This document shows positions 40,608-62,345 of a stretch of DNA of 64,000 nucleotides, one piece after another. The position numbers were made by a program, and so were the translations under genes. The notes below the pieces were generated by a model. The model did no database searches and was not told the DNA's origin. It worked only from the letters and a program-made list of their open reading frames with translations. Source of the stretch: Eledone cirrhosa (Eukaryota). The stretch spans positions 18,290,001-18,354,000 of the forward strand of contig OZ024743.1 of NCBI GenBank assembly GCA_964016885.1, given 5' to 3'. Every line of letters starts with the position of its first letter. Positions within the stretch are counted from its first letter, which is position 1.

Positions 40608-42849
40608 TGACCACTAATTGATCCTATCCAAAGCATCAATTATTTTGCTATTTTTTAGAAATGATGAAAATAGCATTTTCTAGTAATCATCACAATCAAC
40701 ATGACCTTTATTATTATTATTGTTGTTGTTGTTGTTAGTGGTCGTAGTCATAGTCACAGTAGAAGTAATACCCCTAAGCATTATTATAGCTGGTCCAACA
40801 TGCCCCACCCACCATCTAAGCAATTTTGTTGACATTATTTTGAAACCACTATGTATTCACATACCCAGTTTCATCCGGGAAGATATCGACTTCCTGTCCC
40901 GTCTTTCCAAAACCGCGGAAACGAATTCACTTCTACTTAGTTTTGATGTGGTAAGCCTTTACACCAACATTACACATGATTTAGGAATAAAGACGGTTAA
41001 ATACTGGGTGGAAAAACATAGAGAAGTGATTCCCATCAGATTCACAGCGCCATTTATATTAGACGCAGTTAAACTTATTCTGGAAAACAACACTTTCTTC
41101 TTCAATGGAATTACATCCAAATTAGAGGCACAGCGATGGGAACGAAGTTTGCTCCCGTTTACGCGAACTCTGTAATGGGATACTTAGAACAACAACTCTA
41201 CCAAGAAATAGAGGGAAAATATAGTACTTACTTTAGAAAGTACATTGAAAAATCTTGGAAGAGTTACCTTGATGACTGTTTCATCATCTGGAGAGAATCT
41301 CTAGATACTCTGGATGTGTTCAATATCCTCCTGAATAACCTACACCCATCTCTCCAATTCCCAAAAGAGATGAGTAGTACTAAATTACTATTCCTAGATA
41401 TAATGATAATCAAAAACGACACCACTATTACCACGGATATATAATATAAACAGACACCCATCAATATCTGAATGTTAAGTCGTGCCATCCACCTCATACA
41501 AAACGCAACATCCCATACTGCCTAGCCAGAATAATTTGTACCATTGTAGAAGATACGAATACCAGGTACAAACGCCTAACAGAACTAAGAGAATTTTTGC
41601 TCAAACATAAATACCCATCTCTACTTATAGAAAATGGCATACAGCTGGCTATAAAAATACCTATACATCAACTTAGGACAACCCAAGGAAGAAGACACCA
41701 AGAACTGGTCATACCATTTATAATGACACACAACCCATGTCACCATAATATATTCAGCAATGCCAAAGCAAACCTACCGATCATTGCCAAAGTAATGAAT
41801 TAAAAGGCTTAATCACAGATCGATCTTTGACTCTTAGTAAAAGACAGCCGAAAAATTAGAAGCAATTACTAACAAAAGCAAAGTTTGACCTTAACAAAAA
41901 AGACCAATCATTCACTGTATCTAAATGCAATGATAGTAGATTCGGCACATGTCAATCTATACACGCCGGTCAATATATGAAAACAAAAACTGGAAAAATA
42001 TTCCCAAATGCAAATATGAACTGTAAAAGCAGAAATCTAACTTACTGCATTAAATGCCCGAATTGTGAGGAACTATATGTCGGTCAAACTGGAAATGCAC
42101 TATCAGAACGTGCACGGGTACACCGTGAGCAAATCAGAGACCCAAATGTCCGTCAGATACCTCTAAGTAACCATCTAGCATCATGTGGTCAGGGAATATT
42201 TATAATATTCCCATTCTACAAATTACCCAGCCCAAGTGAAATCAAGAGAAAAATCAAAGAAAAGAATTGTATTGATAAATTCATACCCAGGCTAAATGAA
42301 CAATAATAATGCTTAGGGGTATTACTTCTACTATCACTATGACTACGACAATGTCGGATACGACCACTAACAACAACAACAATAATAATAATAATAATAA
42401 TAATAAATGTGATGTTGATTGTGGTGATTACTAGAAAATGCTATTTTCATCATTTCTAAAAATAGCAAAAACAATTGATGCTTTGGTTAGGATCAATTAG
42501 TGCTCGTTAGACATGTTCAACCAACCGTGACGCCTAAACCAATCAGATTTAGTAATTAAGTGAAACTACACACCGATTGGTCGAGATACAGTTTGCAAGA
42601 TTTAGCATTCTGGAGCCACATTTCACTGTATATAAGGTAAAAAATTTACCCATCTCATTACAGTTGAAAATTGCAAACTTGACTGTCACCACACATTATG
42701 AACCTGAAGATTACGAAAGCATGAAAGTAATTGTTCAATTAACACTTAACATTTAATATTCTATCATACTATTTCATTATAATACCATTATAAATTTCAA
42801 AGTATTGTAAATAAAACGAGTAAATCAGACAAAGTAGGAATTCCTCTTA

Positions 42850-42853
<4 letters not shown>
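40608..42853 (+). mobile_element. Penelope-like element (Neptune-like RT), copy 1, with inverted pseudo-LTR at the 5' end
   Basis: IIAGPTCPTHHLSNFVD, SFDVVSLYTNI, MGTKFAPVYAN, SYLDDCF, and GIY-YIG NLTYCIKC..LYVGQTG. 40608-40785 is inverted at about 42303-42502. Confidence 0.92.
42699..42737 (+). ncRNA. Minimal hammerhead motif in PLE pseudo-LTR (family G)
   Basis: TGAAC-CTGAAGA-TTACGAAAGCAT-GAAA-GTAA-TT-GTTCA, with a weakened stem II. Confidence 0.62.
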
Positions 42854-42928
<75 letters not shown>

Positions 42929-42959
42929 TGTATATATATATATACATATATATATACTG

Positions 42960-43164
<205 letters not shown>

Positions 43165-43166
43165 CA

Positions 43167-43202
<36 letters not shown>

Positions 43203-43329
43203 TTAAGTTAAATATTGATGCAATTCAATTCAAGCACTCAACGTTCTTATTCCACATAGGAGTGACGGCGTAAATATCGAATAAGTTAAAGCGAAGTAAT
43301 TTCAGATGGTTAAGTCCTTTAATAGTAAT

Positions 43330-43403
43330 GCTGTGATATATATTTCAATGGCGATAGTGGCCACACTGTTCCGTGCGCTAGTTTCGCGACATCATCAGAC
43401 AGC
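43330..43403 (-). ncRNA. Hammerhead ribozyme with long stem II (family H)
   Basis: Minus strand reads GCTGT-CTGATGA-(45 nt imperfect hairpin)-GAAA-TATATA-TC-ACAGC. Confidence 0.72.
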
Positions 43404-44288
43404 TTCTTACATAATAAGGTTATGTTTCCGAGGCAATCCAAATTGAATCGACATGGGAACGGACGAATTGTGTGCTCTCGGGTTCTTCGTCCGTTCCCCT
43501 GTGTGTACCAATTCACCCCCACCGGTCTGCGCAGGCGCAGGTCCGAAAGAAGTTGAGCGTTAGCTATCGCAGAGTTCAACGAAATTCGCCTTGGAAGTTC
43601 CCCTTCTCAACCAAACAATGACCTATTCAGCCCTGTAATATATAGCTTACTGCTAGCCACCCCGTCCGGGGCAGTCAGCCGAAAGCCAGTGGGGTTGGGA
43701 GAGTGTGAGTATCAATAGGTCTCAATACCACCCCCACATTAACCATGGATAGTAAAATTGACCATCAACGTCTAAGAGAAAATATAATTAATTCTAGGTA
43801 TTATGGTTTCACAGTGCAAATTAGGAATGAGAGTTGGAAATTAAAAGTAAAAATAAAAAATCGAAAGTCAGAAATCAAAAATTAAAAATTAAAACATTTA
43901 CAAGTGTGAATCTAGACTGAAGTGAGCAAAAAAATATGTGCACATATACTATCTACTACGTAGGGAAATGTTTAAGTAAGAAGTTTTGAAAGGAGTATTA
44001 ATGTTATAGATATATTATATACATATTGAACGATTGTACCGTACAGTAGAACGGAGAGTAAATTACAGTATGAAAAATAATAGATAGGCGGGTACATAGT
44101 TAGAATGTCCATCACATGGAACAAAGCAAAAAAAAAACACAGATATAAAATACACAAAAAATATCCAATAAATACAAAAAATACATACAGTACATATATG
44201 CAAAATGAGATAGGAGATATATCATTATAATGATTGTTAATTTGTCAATATATAGATTGAAATATATATCACACCATTATTATTAAAA

Positions 44289-44390
44289 GGTTGACTTTGC
44301 CTTTAATCCTTACAGGGTCGATAAAATAAAGTACCAGTAATGCACTGGATTATTGGTGGCTTTTTGCCTAAAGTAGAAACAATTATTATT
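44289..44390 (+). mobile_element. 5'-truncated copy of the tRNA-derived SINE
   Basis: Matches the central domain and 3' end of the SINE at 27453-27640. Confidence 0.82.
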
Positions 44391-44430
44391 TAAGGAATTG
44401 AACATCTGAAATTACTTCGCTTTTCCTTAT

Positions 44431-44522
<92 letters not shown>

Positions 44523-44523
44523 A

Positions 44524-44613
<90 letters not shown>

Positions 44614-44733
44614 GAGGGTCATATTTGGGTAATATTGCCAGAATTACGCAAATATGACCCTCCCCAAATATAACAATATCTGTTTCGACACACGATTTCA
44701 TATAAAAAACCTCGCAAAACTAATTCATCGCCG

Positions 44734-44910
<177 letters not shown>

Positions 44911-44966
44911 GAGAGAGAGAGAGAGATAAATATACACGGGTGTGTTTGATTGTGTATAGAAGATTA

Positions 44967-47671
<2,705 letters not shown>

Positions 47672-47717
47672 TGTATATATATATATATATATATATACTG
47701 TGTATATATATATATAT

Positions 47718-47788
<71 letters not shown>

Positions 47789-47840
47789 TAGTAAAATAAA
47801 TCAACGACGATAGGTTACTCCCTCATTACGTTTAATGGTT

Positions 47841-47925
47841 GGTTACGCGCGTTTCGACACTGATCAGCTCAAGGTTCGATCTGTATCGATCTAGTCCGAC
47901 TCTGTAATCCAGGGCTTGTCAGACC
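47841..47925 (-). ncRNA. Degenerate hammerhead with long stem II (family I)
   Basis: Minus strand reads GGT-CTGACAA-(~58 nt)-GAAA-CGCGCG-TA-ACC. A related decayed copy lies at about 18352-18440 (+). Confidence 0.5.
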
Positions 47926-50300
47926 CCTTACAATGATAATGAAAATCGTCCTTGTTTTATTTTACTATGATACACTCTGTCTATCTCTACACCTCGACAC
48001 AGATGTGAACCTAAACATCGAGTGGTCTCCCGAGTGAACCCACAGTAACACTAAGTTACACTCCCTAGATATATAAATCATGGGATATATACATATGTAA
48101 CTGTTTCAAATTATTATGAGTTTACACAGTTCATACTTTTGGGGATTGCCATAGAAATATGATTTAAATCGATCTAAAATACTCGTATGTATAACACTCA
48201 TCATATACAATTATTCAAATTTTCGATGGTCCAAGAACTGGTATAACTAATTTGCAACATAATAATTACTTGATAATTATTCTGAAGATTAACAATTAAT
48301 TTCTTAACATAGAATCAATTTCTGAATTAACGCAATAGCAGATCATGTTTTCCCTTTAGAAAGGTTTACAATTATTGAATAGTGCATTAAGATATAGACT
48401 GGATTTAAATTATTTTGTGAAACTGATATGATTATATATATTGTTTATCTATAAGCTTTTATATACTGATATTAATCATATGAATTTTTCTCTTTAAACA
48501 ATTATGACTACATGCATTGTATTTTGAACTTTGTTCTTTCACTATATTTAAGCAATGTGGGAAATGTCAATGCATATAGGTTTTCGTCATGTTTTAACAA
48601 CTCTCATTGATGTGTGCCAGTGACATTAAAGAGAAAAGATTTAACATGACTTTCAATGTTAAGTAGTGCAACGTCTATGAGGGTTATGGTAAATATTTGT
48701 CTGATATTTTGAGTTTATTTTATTCTGCAAATAATATGAAAATACATTTAACTAGACATCGATTTATTTTGAAGAAATAAAAGCGTATGTGCATCAAAGA
48801 CAAATAAATGTTGGTAGCTACACTGTAGTAGGTATAGATGTAGAGATGACAATCAATTAATAATCGAGACGATACGATGGAGAAGGAGATTTAAAGGCCA
48901 ACCCGTCAGATACCAAATGATATTTGACAAACATATTTATTACATTGTAACATTTATTATATTCTTCTGAAGATTGTATACATTATTCTCTTTTTGTAAA
49001 TCAATCATTCTCATTTTCTTTTTCTAAATCAATTATATTTCGATCTTTTAAATCGATTATTTAAATGATTAATGTTAGATGCATCTAAATTTCACCTCGA
49101 TCGTAAAAACCGATAAAAATGACAGTTCATCTGAATTCAAATAAAACGTCAATCACTAGATGTTTAGTTAAGATAGACGCATAATTATTTAGTCCAATAT
49201 ATAAGGGGTGAGGAACAAGCTATTAAGTCATCATTGTTAAAAAGTAGCTATTAAAACGTTTACAGAATATCTTGATGAATAAATACTTTGATGACATTCT
49301 AATTTTAGGAAACGGTCACCAAAAAATTACACACCTTTATCTGTTTCAGCAAATGTTTCGATAAGAGAGGGCATGTCCATAGCATAGCCTCGATGCCTTT
49401 AATTAACATTTTCAGAGCACGACTTTATATGTTGTTTTCAAGTGAATAACTTCAAATAAAATGTCCTAATACAGTAGGACTCTTGGAACAGAATGATACC
49501 CAAGTCACTATCATGAGTATGAGTTGTCTTCTAGTTTAAGAGAATTAGAAAATTAACAGGTACAACTAAATATGTATGGATCCTTGTATATATATATATA
49601 TATTTATTTTTTATTTTTTATTTATTAAAATAATAGATTAAAGTTTAAGCAAAGATCGCTGCTTTCACCTCTAACGGGATCTTCTGAAACCAGAAAAGTC
49701 AATCTGTGAACGCAGAAGTAAATATTTCAAAAACATTGCAACCCGAGGAAGACAGGAAGACGATACTTTGGTTCGTGGAAACGTTCCCTGGCAAAGAAAG
49801 GGAAAAAATGAAGATAATACGTCATTATTTGGAGCGGTGCAAAACAGTTACAAGCAAAGACAAAACCACGTTTCTGGTATAAAAGAAGTCGGAGACTAAT
49901 ATTCTATTAGGTGGTTCATGGAGATGTTCTCTGGCAATGAACGAAAAAAAAGAAGATAATACGTAATATGTGGAACAGGGAGAACAATTGCACGCACAAA
50001 CAAAACCACATAAATGTTATAACTGAGGTCGTAGACTAAAATTCTAACTAGGAAACCGAATGATTCTCGGCTTCAGAGTTAAGAATAAAGTAAATAAAAT
50101 ACAGAGGTTATGTCAATTAAATAAATACATACACGCATCCATATACGTACATACACAAGCATACGCGAAAACACTCGCACACATACAAGCACGTCACGCA
50201 GAAGAAAAAAACCCGCACGCACATACAAAACCCACGTAACGCCTGTACTCGCACACATACGAATGTATACACCAAATACACATACAAATATATATATAAA

Positions 50301-50355
<55 letters not shown>

Positions 50356-50407
50356 CGAAAGACGTAAAATAAGAAAATTATAAAATTAACTTACGTACTA
50401 AAAAATC

Positions 50408-50491
50408 ACTTCCAACTAACTAGTTTCTGGAATGGAGTAAATATATTTTCCGAAGAAACATATAAAAAATTCATTCCGTCATCAGGAAAGT
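50408..50491 (-). ncRNA. Hammerhead ribozyme with long stem II (family J), copy 1
   Basis: Minus strand reads ACTTTC-CTGATGA-CGGAATG..CATTCCA-GAAA-CTAGTTAG-TT-GGAAGT. Confidence 0.78.
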
Positions 50492-50933
50492 CTTTTTCCG
50501 TATAGGTCTCCAGGCATAGCGAGGACACTGGAAACTTATTAAAAAAATAATTCAGTGGAATGGAAATAGCGAAGCGTGGACTGGATTCCAAGCCATTTAA
50601 AAAATCACTGCCTCTACGGCTGTGGCAAATTCAAAAAGAATCAATCACGTGACATCGAGGTCAATCAGTGGAAAGCGAGTGGTTATTAAGACAGCGGCCA
50701 GCTTACTACCATAGTAGCAGTCATGGCCAAATATTGCTCGACAAATGAATTGGAGATAATTATAAGGAATTTATATCTAGTAACATTTATATACACACAG
50801 ATGCATATCAATGCTAGCAAATATATAGGTTTTGTCTTATTAACAATGTGGTTGAATGCATGGGGTTGCAGAACAATAATACGAGAGACGTAGAATAAGA
50901 AAATTATAAAATTAACTTACTTACTAAAAAATC

Positions 50934-51016
50934 ACTTCCAAATAATTAGTTTCTGGAATGGAGTAAATATATTTTCCGAAGAAACATATCGAAAATCATT
51001 CCGTCATCAGGAAAGT
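50934..51016 (-). ncRNA. Hammerhead ribozyme (family J), copy 2
   Basis: Same motif 526 nt away. Stem III reads CTAATTAT here and CTAATTAG in the inverted copy at about 51437. Confidence 0.72.
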
Positions 51017-51619
51017 CTTTTTTCCGTATAGGTCTCCAGGCATAGCGAGGACACTGGAAACTTATTAAAAAAATAATTCAGTGGAATGGAAATAGCGAAG
51101 CGTGGACTGGATTCCAAGCCATTGAGAAAATCACTGCCTCTACGTCTGTGGCAAATTCAAAAAGAATCAATCACGTGACATCGAGGTCAATCCGTGGAAA
51201 GCGAGTGGTTATAAGACAGCGGCCAGCTTACTACCATAGTAGCAGTCACGGCCAAATATTGCTCGACAAATGAATTGGAGATAATTATAAGGAATTTATA
51301 TCTAGTAACATTTATATACACAGAGATGCATATCAATGCTAGCAAATATATAGGTTTTGTCTTATTAACAATGTGGTTCAATGCATGGGGTTGCAGAACA
51401 ATAATACGAGAGACCCTTTTTACTCCAATCTAGAAACTAATTAGTTGGAAGTGATTTTTTTAGTAAGTAAGTTAATTTTATAATTTTTTTATTTTACGTC
51501 TCTCGTATTATTGTTCTGCAACCCCATGCATTGAACCACATTGTTAATAAGACAAAACCTATATATTTGCTAGCATTGATATGCATGCGTGTGTATATAA
51601 ATGTTACTAGATATAAATT

Positions 51620-51698
<79 letters not shown>

Positions 51699-52099
51699 CG
51701 TGTATACATATCATTAAATAAACGTATATAAATAAATAGATACGTATATAACGCGCGCACACACATACTTTCATGTAAATACACATATGTTCGGAGACGA
51801 ACGTCAACCAAAATACAAAGTACAAATATACGCACACCCTACATATGTACGAACCCGCATACTTACACAGACGCAAAACTCGCGTATAGACATAAACAAA
51901 TGCATATGTAACAGAATATATAATATATACGCCATAACATATACAATGAAATATACGTACGAGAAAGTATACGTACCTTCACAAAACATACAGGTAATAT
52001 ATACTTACCTATAAAAATAAGTAATGGTATAAACATAACATATACTTAGTTACCACATCAAGACGTATAATATCCGCGTATAGTTCGTACTATCAGTTA

Positions 52100-53260
52100 G
52101 GGTATAATGTGTGGCCGTAATACAGGAAAGTGTTGTGCAATTTATGTTTACAAGCTGCAATTGCTTCAGATTTTTTGTTTAAGATGCGGTCTTTGGCGTA
52201 GAGTATTTCCAGGGCCTAAGAGGCGCAGAGGTCAGAATGGTCTTTTATTTCCATTATACGATCTACCTGTAGCTAGGATCTTCCAGTGTAAATTATATTG
52301 GGTGTGGTTCTCTTTTAGACTCCAGATATAAGCTGAAAGTGACGTCATATTCCTTCTTAAAGGGTTAAGAAAAGAATGGGTATGCATGTAAAAACGCTGA
52401 TTCTATCTATTGGCGGTTAAGCCTATGCAGGCCCTACGGGACGTGGATGTTTTAACCTTATATTTGTAGACAATGTTACTAGAGAGGCATTTCTCGGATA
52501 GGGGGCAGTCAACCCTATTCCTACAATTACAGTTAGTACTAGCTACAGGGTTGCACGTTTTCCTACGGCTAGGTAGTTTAGCTAAATTTGGAGCTGTGAT
52601 GTCATGTGGAAGGTTAGGTGTCGTTGAATAAGAAATGTTAATGGCATTTCTATTAAAAATGTTACTATACTTATGTGTTGGAGGAAAATGCTTCATACTA
52701 AGGGAGAGAAAGATCTTAGCTAATGGTGTGGCCACCTACATATTATATGGTAGGTTATAACATATAATGCGTCGGGATCTATTTTTTCAAGGTCTTTTAT
52801 CGTACTCTGTATATGCTAACTTATCGACAAATCCACTCCGAGCAAGAGCTTCATTGTAATATATGGAAAGGTCGTTGAAAATATGCTCGTTAGTAGATAG
52901 AGGGGAAAGCCTCAAAGAAACGTTTCTTACCAGGTTCTTGGTTATGCTGCAGGATGGTTAGAATAATTACATATGTAATTAAGCGTATCATTCGGCTTTC
53001 TATACGGGTAGTGCAAGCCATTTGATAGATTGAGGGTAACGTCGAGGTAATTAACGACCGAGAGGTTGGCCTCAACCTGTATGGAGAGGTTGAAGCCTTT
53101 AAAGAAGGCTGTGCGTTCTTTTCTGAACCTGTCGCAAGCACGTGAGCCGCACTTTGACATGGTCAAAAGACCATCATCACGGTACAAACTACCGCCCACG
53201 TTGGGGTATTCTTCCTTGATAGAGAAAAGAAGGAAAAGGCCGATAAGATCAGTAACCCCG
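52100..53260 (-). mobile_element. Penelope-like element fragment (RT C-terminus plus GIY-YIG)
   Basis: GSLYRDDGL, VVNYLDVTLNL..YPYRKPN..SNHP, KHFPPTHKYSNIFNRN and CNCRNRVDCPL. Confidence 0.9.
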
Positions 53261-53553
53261 CAGAATCGTTGTTCTTATATATTTGAAATATATTCATCCT
53301 TATCGAGCCCTCTTTGGATTTTATTCTTCAAATGTAATATTATTACTATATATATATTTATATATATATATATATATATACAAGGATCCATACATATTTA
53401 GTTGCACCTGTTAATTTTTTAATTCTCTTAAACTAGAAGACAACTCCTACTCATGATACTGGCTTGGGAATCATTCTGTTGCCAGAGTCCTACTGTATTA
53501 GGGCATTTTATTTGAAGTTATTCACACGAAAATGTTAATTAAATGCATTGTGG

Positions 53554-53590
<37 letters not shown>

Positions 53591-53624
53591 AGTATCCATA
53601 TATATTTAATTGTATCAGTTAATT

Positions 53625-53668
<44 letters not shown>

Positions 53669-54653
53669 TTTATATGTATAGATAACGTATTATCTCATAT
53701 TGGAATGGCAATTAGCTGAATCACACAATACATAGAAGCATTTTAGCATAGATGTCTCATTGATCAGAGGTATATTTGCATTATTAAATACAAAAGAAAA
53801 GTGTTGGATTAACACAATCATTACAATTTTAAAACTCTATTCAGTATTTGCAGTATTCCGTTAAAGAAGTTTACATTCTGATACCAAATCGCACTAAAGT
53901 TATCCTTGGCTTTCTATCGGCCGGTGTCAATAGGATGAGGTACTCCTCCGTATAATCGATATCCAGATCCCTTCAAAAGACCCTATTTTAGAAACATAAC
54001 TAGAGAATGAAATATTGCACACTAGCTTCGCCGTAATTTTATTATTTATCGTTAAGTAAAATAACAGTCAAATAGTGGTATTGATTTAATTATGTATACT
54101 TACTCCTGAACCTGAATGGAGTTGTAAGATGTTGTAATATATTCGTTTTGTATAACACGAAATATATACCATTTAAATATCACAATCTAGAAATTATACC
54201 TTGTACAGAAAGATCAATATGCACTACATACATGAAAATTATATTTGGGGAAATGTTTTCCATGAAAACACGTAAAAAGTCTTCTATTTCCATTTCGAAT
54301 TATTAGAATTACACGAAGGTAATGAACAAATTATTTAATAAAACAATATATAAAAAATGTATAATACTAACACCCTTTTAAATCTAGTTTGATATTCATG
54401 AGTATTCAACGTGACTGGTTAGGACGAAACAAAACAGCCGTAAAGGTCAATAAAAATGTAGTACATCAAACATTTCTGACGAATCTGAAATCAATATAAT
54501 TGATCATCAAACAACAATGCTATATACCAAAATATGGTACTATGTGTGTCACAATGTGCGCTCATATGTACGTTTTTAAGGGTATATTTCGACTACTCCA
54601 AATAAAAAAGCTTTGCCTGATACACACACACAAAAAACGCACGTGCGCGGACA

Positions 54654-54745
<92 letters not shown>

Positions 54746-54861
54746 GTAATAAGAATATTTATATTTATATAAGAAAAATATCTCAATGTAAATACATCAG
54801 ATGTGTTACAGAGCCAGAATATAAATTACAGAATAATCAAAAAATGTATATATATGAATAT

Positions 54862-55163
54862 ATATAAAATGAAGAATTAAAAATAGAAGTTAGGAATATC
54901 CATCATCAGTTGGCTACTAGCCATCATAGGTATTTATTCGCATTACAGACAATATACCTCCGTCTAGGGCGATACAATAACTAAAATAAGTTATTGAGAT
55001 ACAAAAGTTGGGTGGAGAAAGAGAAAGACAGGTAAACAGAGACGAATGGTGAGGCAACCTAAATAGAGGAATTGTCTCTAATGCGAAGAAATACCTGCGA
55101 TGTCTAGTAGACAACTGATGATGGATATTCCTAACTTCTATTTCTAATTCTTCATTTTTTTAT
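54862..55163. repeat. ~100 bp inverted repeat with ~105 bp spacer
   Basis: 54862-54960 is approximately the reverse complement of 55065-55163. Confidence 0.82.
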
Positions 55164-55194
55164 ACAGAAGTGCAACAACACAGCTGGCCATTTT

Positions 55195-59694
<4,500 letters not shown>

Positions 59695-59727
59695 TATAAT
59701 AACTTGTGTGTTACACCTCCATTCTTT

Positions 59728-59799
<72 letters not shown>

Positions 59800-59816
59800 T
59801 ACATATATATATATCC

Positions 59817-61076
59817 CATTATGCCAAACCCATGACTTCCAAATACCTGATCCACCGAATCTCACCTATTTAATCATCACACTAAAATCAACATACTGAT
59901 TACGGATTACGGGTGATGAGGAACGTGTCCCGCATGTGCAACCCCAAAGAATTAGAGAGACACATACAACACTCCATCCACCGTATGCAGTTCTCTGGCT
60001 ACAATCAGAGAGATAAAATCACGGTGTGTAGAGGAGCCAGAACAAAATGGGCAAAAAGGGTAAAAAATGATACAAATGGGATCTCCCCCTTGTATAGGAA
60101 CACATTTTGGAATAGAATAGAAAGAACTAGGAATAAGGTTAATAAAATAAACTCATGGTATGATAGCAATAAATACCAGAGTGTAATGTTGATCAATACA
60201 ACCCCTAGAGGTGAACTAGCTTACAAATTTAGAAGGGCCCTAGATAAACTTAAACTAAATATTAAGATAGTGGAAAGACCAGGTACCTCCATAAACACAC
60301 TAATTAGTAATACATACCCTTTTCAAAGTCCTCTCTGTATAGATAGGAAATGTATAATCTGTAAGCTAAGCCCCCATACTAGCTGTAAAACTGGAAGCAT
60401 AGTATATAGCATAAGATGCACTTAGGGACAATGTAAAAATGAGAATATAATGTACATAGGTAAGACAGCTCGTAGCATAGGAGAACGATTAAATGAACAC
60501 TGGCGAGAATTCTAAGATAGAAAAGACTCATCAATACTCCACCAACATGCTAAACTAGAACATAAGGGCAAATTAGAGAACATAGAGATAAAAATAGAAT
60601 TTACACACGGAAAAGAAGCAATGTTTAGACACATCACAGAGGCAATAAATATAAAGGAACACCAACCAAATTTAAATAGAAAACATGAATGGAATAGCAA
60701 CCTCACAACTTATAATTAAGTAAAAAATGAAAATACACTCCCATAGAACAAACAACTAACTTGTAACATGTATATAAACAAACAAATAAACAAATAAAAA
60801 CGCACACAGACACCCGGATGTAACACCTTCGCAAACTAAGCACACAACACACACAAAAACAATATGGCGTAGGACAAAAAAAGGAGAGGCACAAAACAAA
60901 GAAAGACATCCCCAGTCATTGAAGAGGACACATTATGTGTGACGAAAGAACTTTGACAATATATGAACAACCTACCGGTTGTGGAACCAACCAACCAAAC
61001 GGAGGTTTATAATAAATTGAAGTGAACTCAGTTGGTGCGTGTGTTTCCTATTGGTAACAAGACCATCGCAAAGTAG

Positions 61077-61080
<4 letters not shown>
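59817..61080 (+). mobile_element. PLE 3' fragment related to 31725-33176
   Basis: HYAKPMTSKYLI, RMQFSGYNQRD, CKTGSIVYSIRC, a YIG motif and QPNLNRKHEW. Confidence 0.88.
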
Positions 61081-61126
<46 letters not shown>

Positions 61127-61543
61127 TAACACGTGAAATAACACGTGTCAACTAAATATAAGATTCGCTGCTGTTAGCGTAAAAATTTAGCATCTCGCCC
61201 CGTTCTTTGGTAGAACGAAAACCTGTTGATGAATTGATTCCTCTGTTCGATAATGAATACCACGAGCTTGCCAGTTACGTAGGTCTGATATTTGATTCCG
61301 GATTCAAACACTTTAAACGTATAACCTTTCATGTCCAGGTGTATTTTTTCTCAACTTGTTAGTTCTTTCGTTACTTTGGTATTGTGTGTTCGATTTTGGC
61401 TACCACAATGTTCAATTTGTCAAGCTATTTAAACGTATGTTATTACTCTAAGGACCTACCTTGTCGAGAGCTTTGATAACTCATTCATATAGTAGGTCAA
61501 ATTTGCTTGCACATCGCCAAAGATTCGATTTTACTAACCATCC

Positions 61544-61587
<44 letters not shown>

Positions 61588-61708
61588 AGGAGGTGAGTTT
61601 TATTGTAGCACAATAAAGCAAGGCAAATACCGATAAGTAGCACTCTACAGTTTGTAGGACTGGAGTATAAATAATATAAGATCAAAAGATTGTTAAAAGA
61701 GTTCCAAG

Positions 61709-61769
61709 TATTTTATTATGCGCATTTCAAAAACTAATGATGATATCTGCTTTTTCATCAGATAAAATA
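61709..61769 (-). ncRNA. Type I hammerhead ribozyme (family A)
   Basis: Minus strand reads TATTTTAT-CTGATGA-AAAAGC..GTTTTT-GAAA-TGCGCA-TA-ATAAAATA. Confidence 0.8.
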
Positions 61770-62246
61770 GGGTTACATGATATGAAGCTTAAAACACACT
61801 TCGGAATAGTGCAGTTTTAAATCAACGTATGAAAAATAATTTAAGATTGATGTATGAGATTGTATCAATATACAAACCTTAATTTAATATTATTCTTAAT
61901 CCCTTTTTCTATTCATGCATAAACCTCATTAACTTTTAATTTCAAATTCTTTTAAATTATCTATTATCTTCCAACGGCTTTTAACTTCTCTCTGTGGGAC
62001 AATATATATTTTTTCTCAGTTGTAAAGGCTATCTCTCTCTCTCTATCACCCATATCTCCTCCTCTCTCATCCTTCCCTCTCATACTTAACCCCCACCATT
62101 CTTTACTCCCATCTCCTCCTCTTCCTTATCTTTTCCAACCCCCTCCATTTTTCCGAATCTCATACATCAATCTTAAATTATTTTTCGCATGTTGATTTAA
62201 AACTGCACTACTCACAAGTGTTTTTTAAGCTTCATATCATTATCCC

Positions 62247-62317
62247 TATTTTATCTGATGAAAACGCAGATATCATCCCATGATGATATTTGTTTTTGAA
62301 ATGCGCATAATAAAATA
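62247..62317 (+). ncRNA. Type I hammerhead ribozyme (family A)
   Basis: TATTTTAT-CTGATGA-AAACGCAGATATCATC ccat GATGATATTTGTTTTT-GAAA-TGCGCA-TA-ATAAAATA. Confidence 0.85.
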
Positions 62318-62345
62318 CTTGGAACTTTTTAAACCATATTTTGAT

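Larger units (their letters stand above)
50357..51625 (-). mobile_element. Non-coding retrozyme-like tandem dimer (~527-nt HHR unit) plus inverted segment
   Basis: 50357-50886 matches 50887-51413. 51419-51625 is an inverted copy spanning the unit junction. (TA)n on both sides and no credible ORF. Confidence 0.85.

Noticed and set aside
55108-55140. CTGATGA in the 54862-55163 inverted repeat
   Set aside because: No GAAA or stem III follows.
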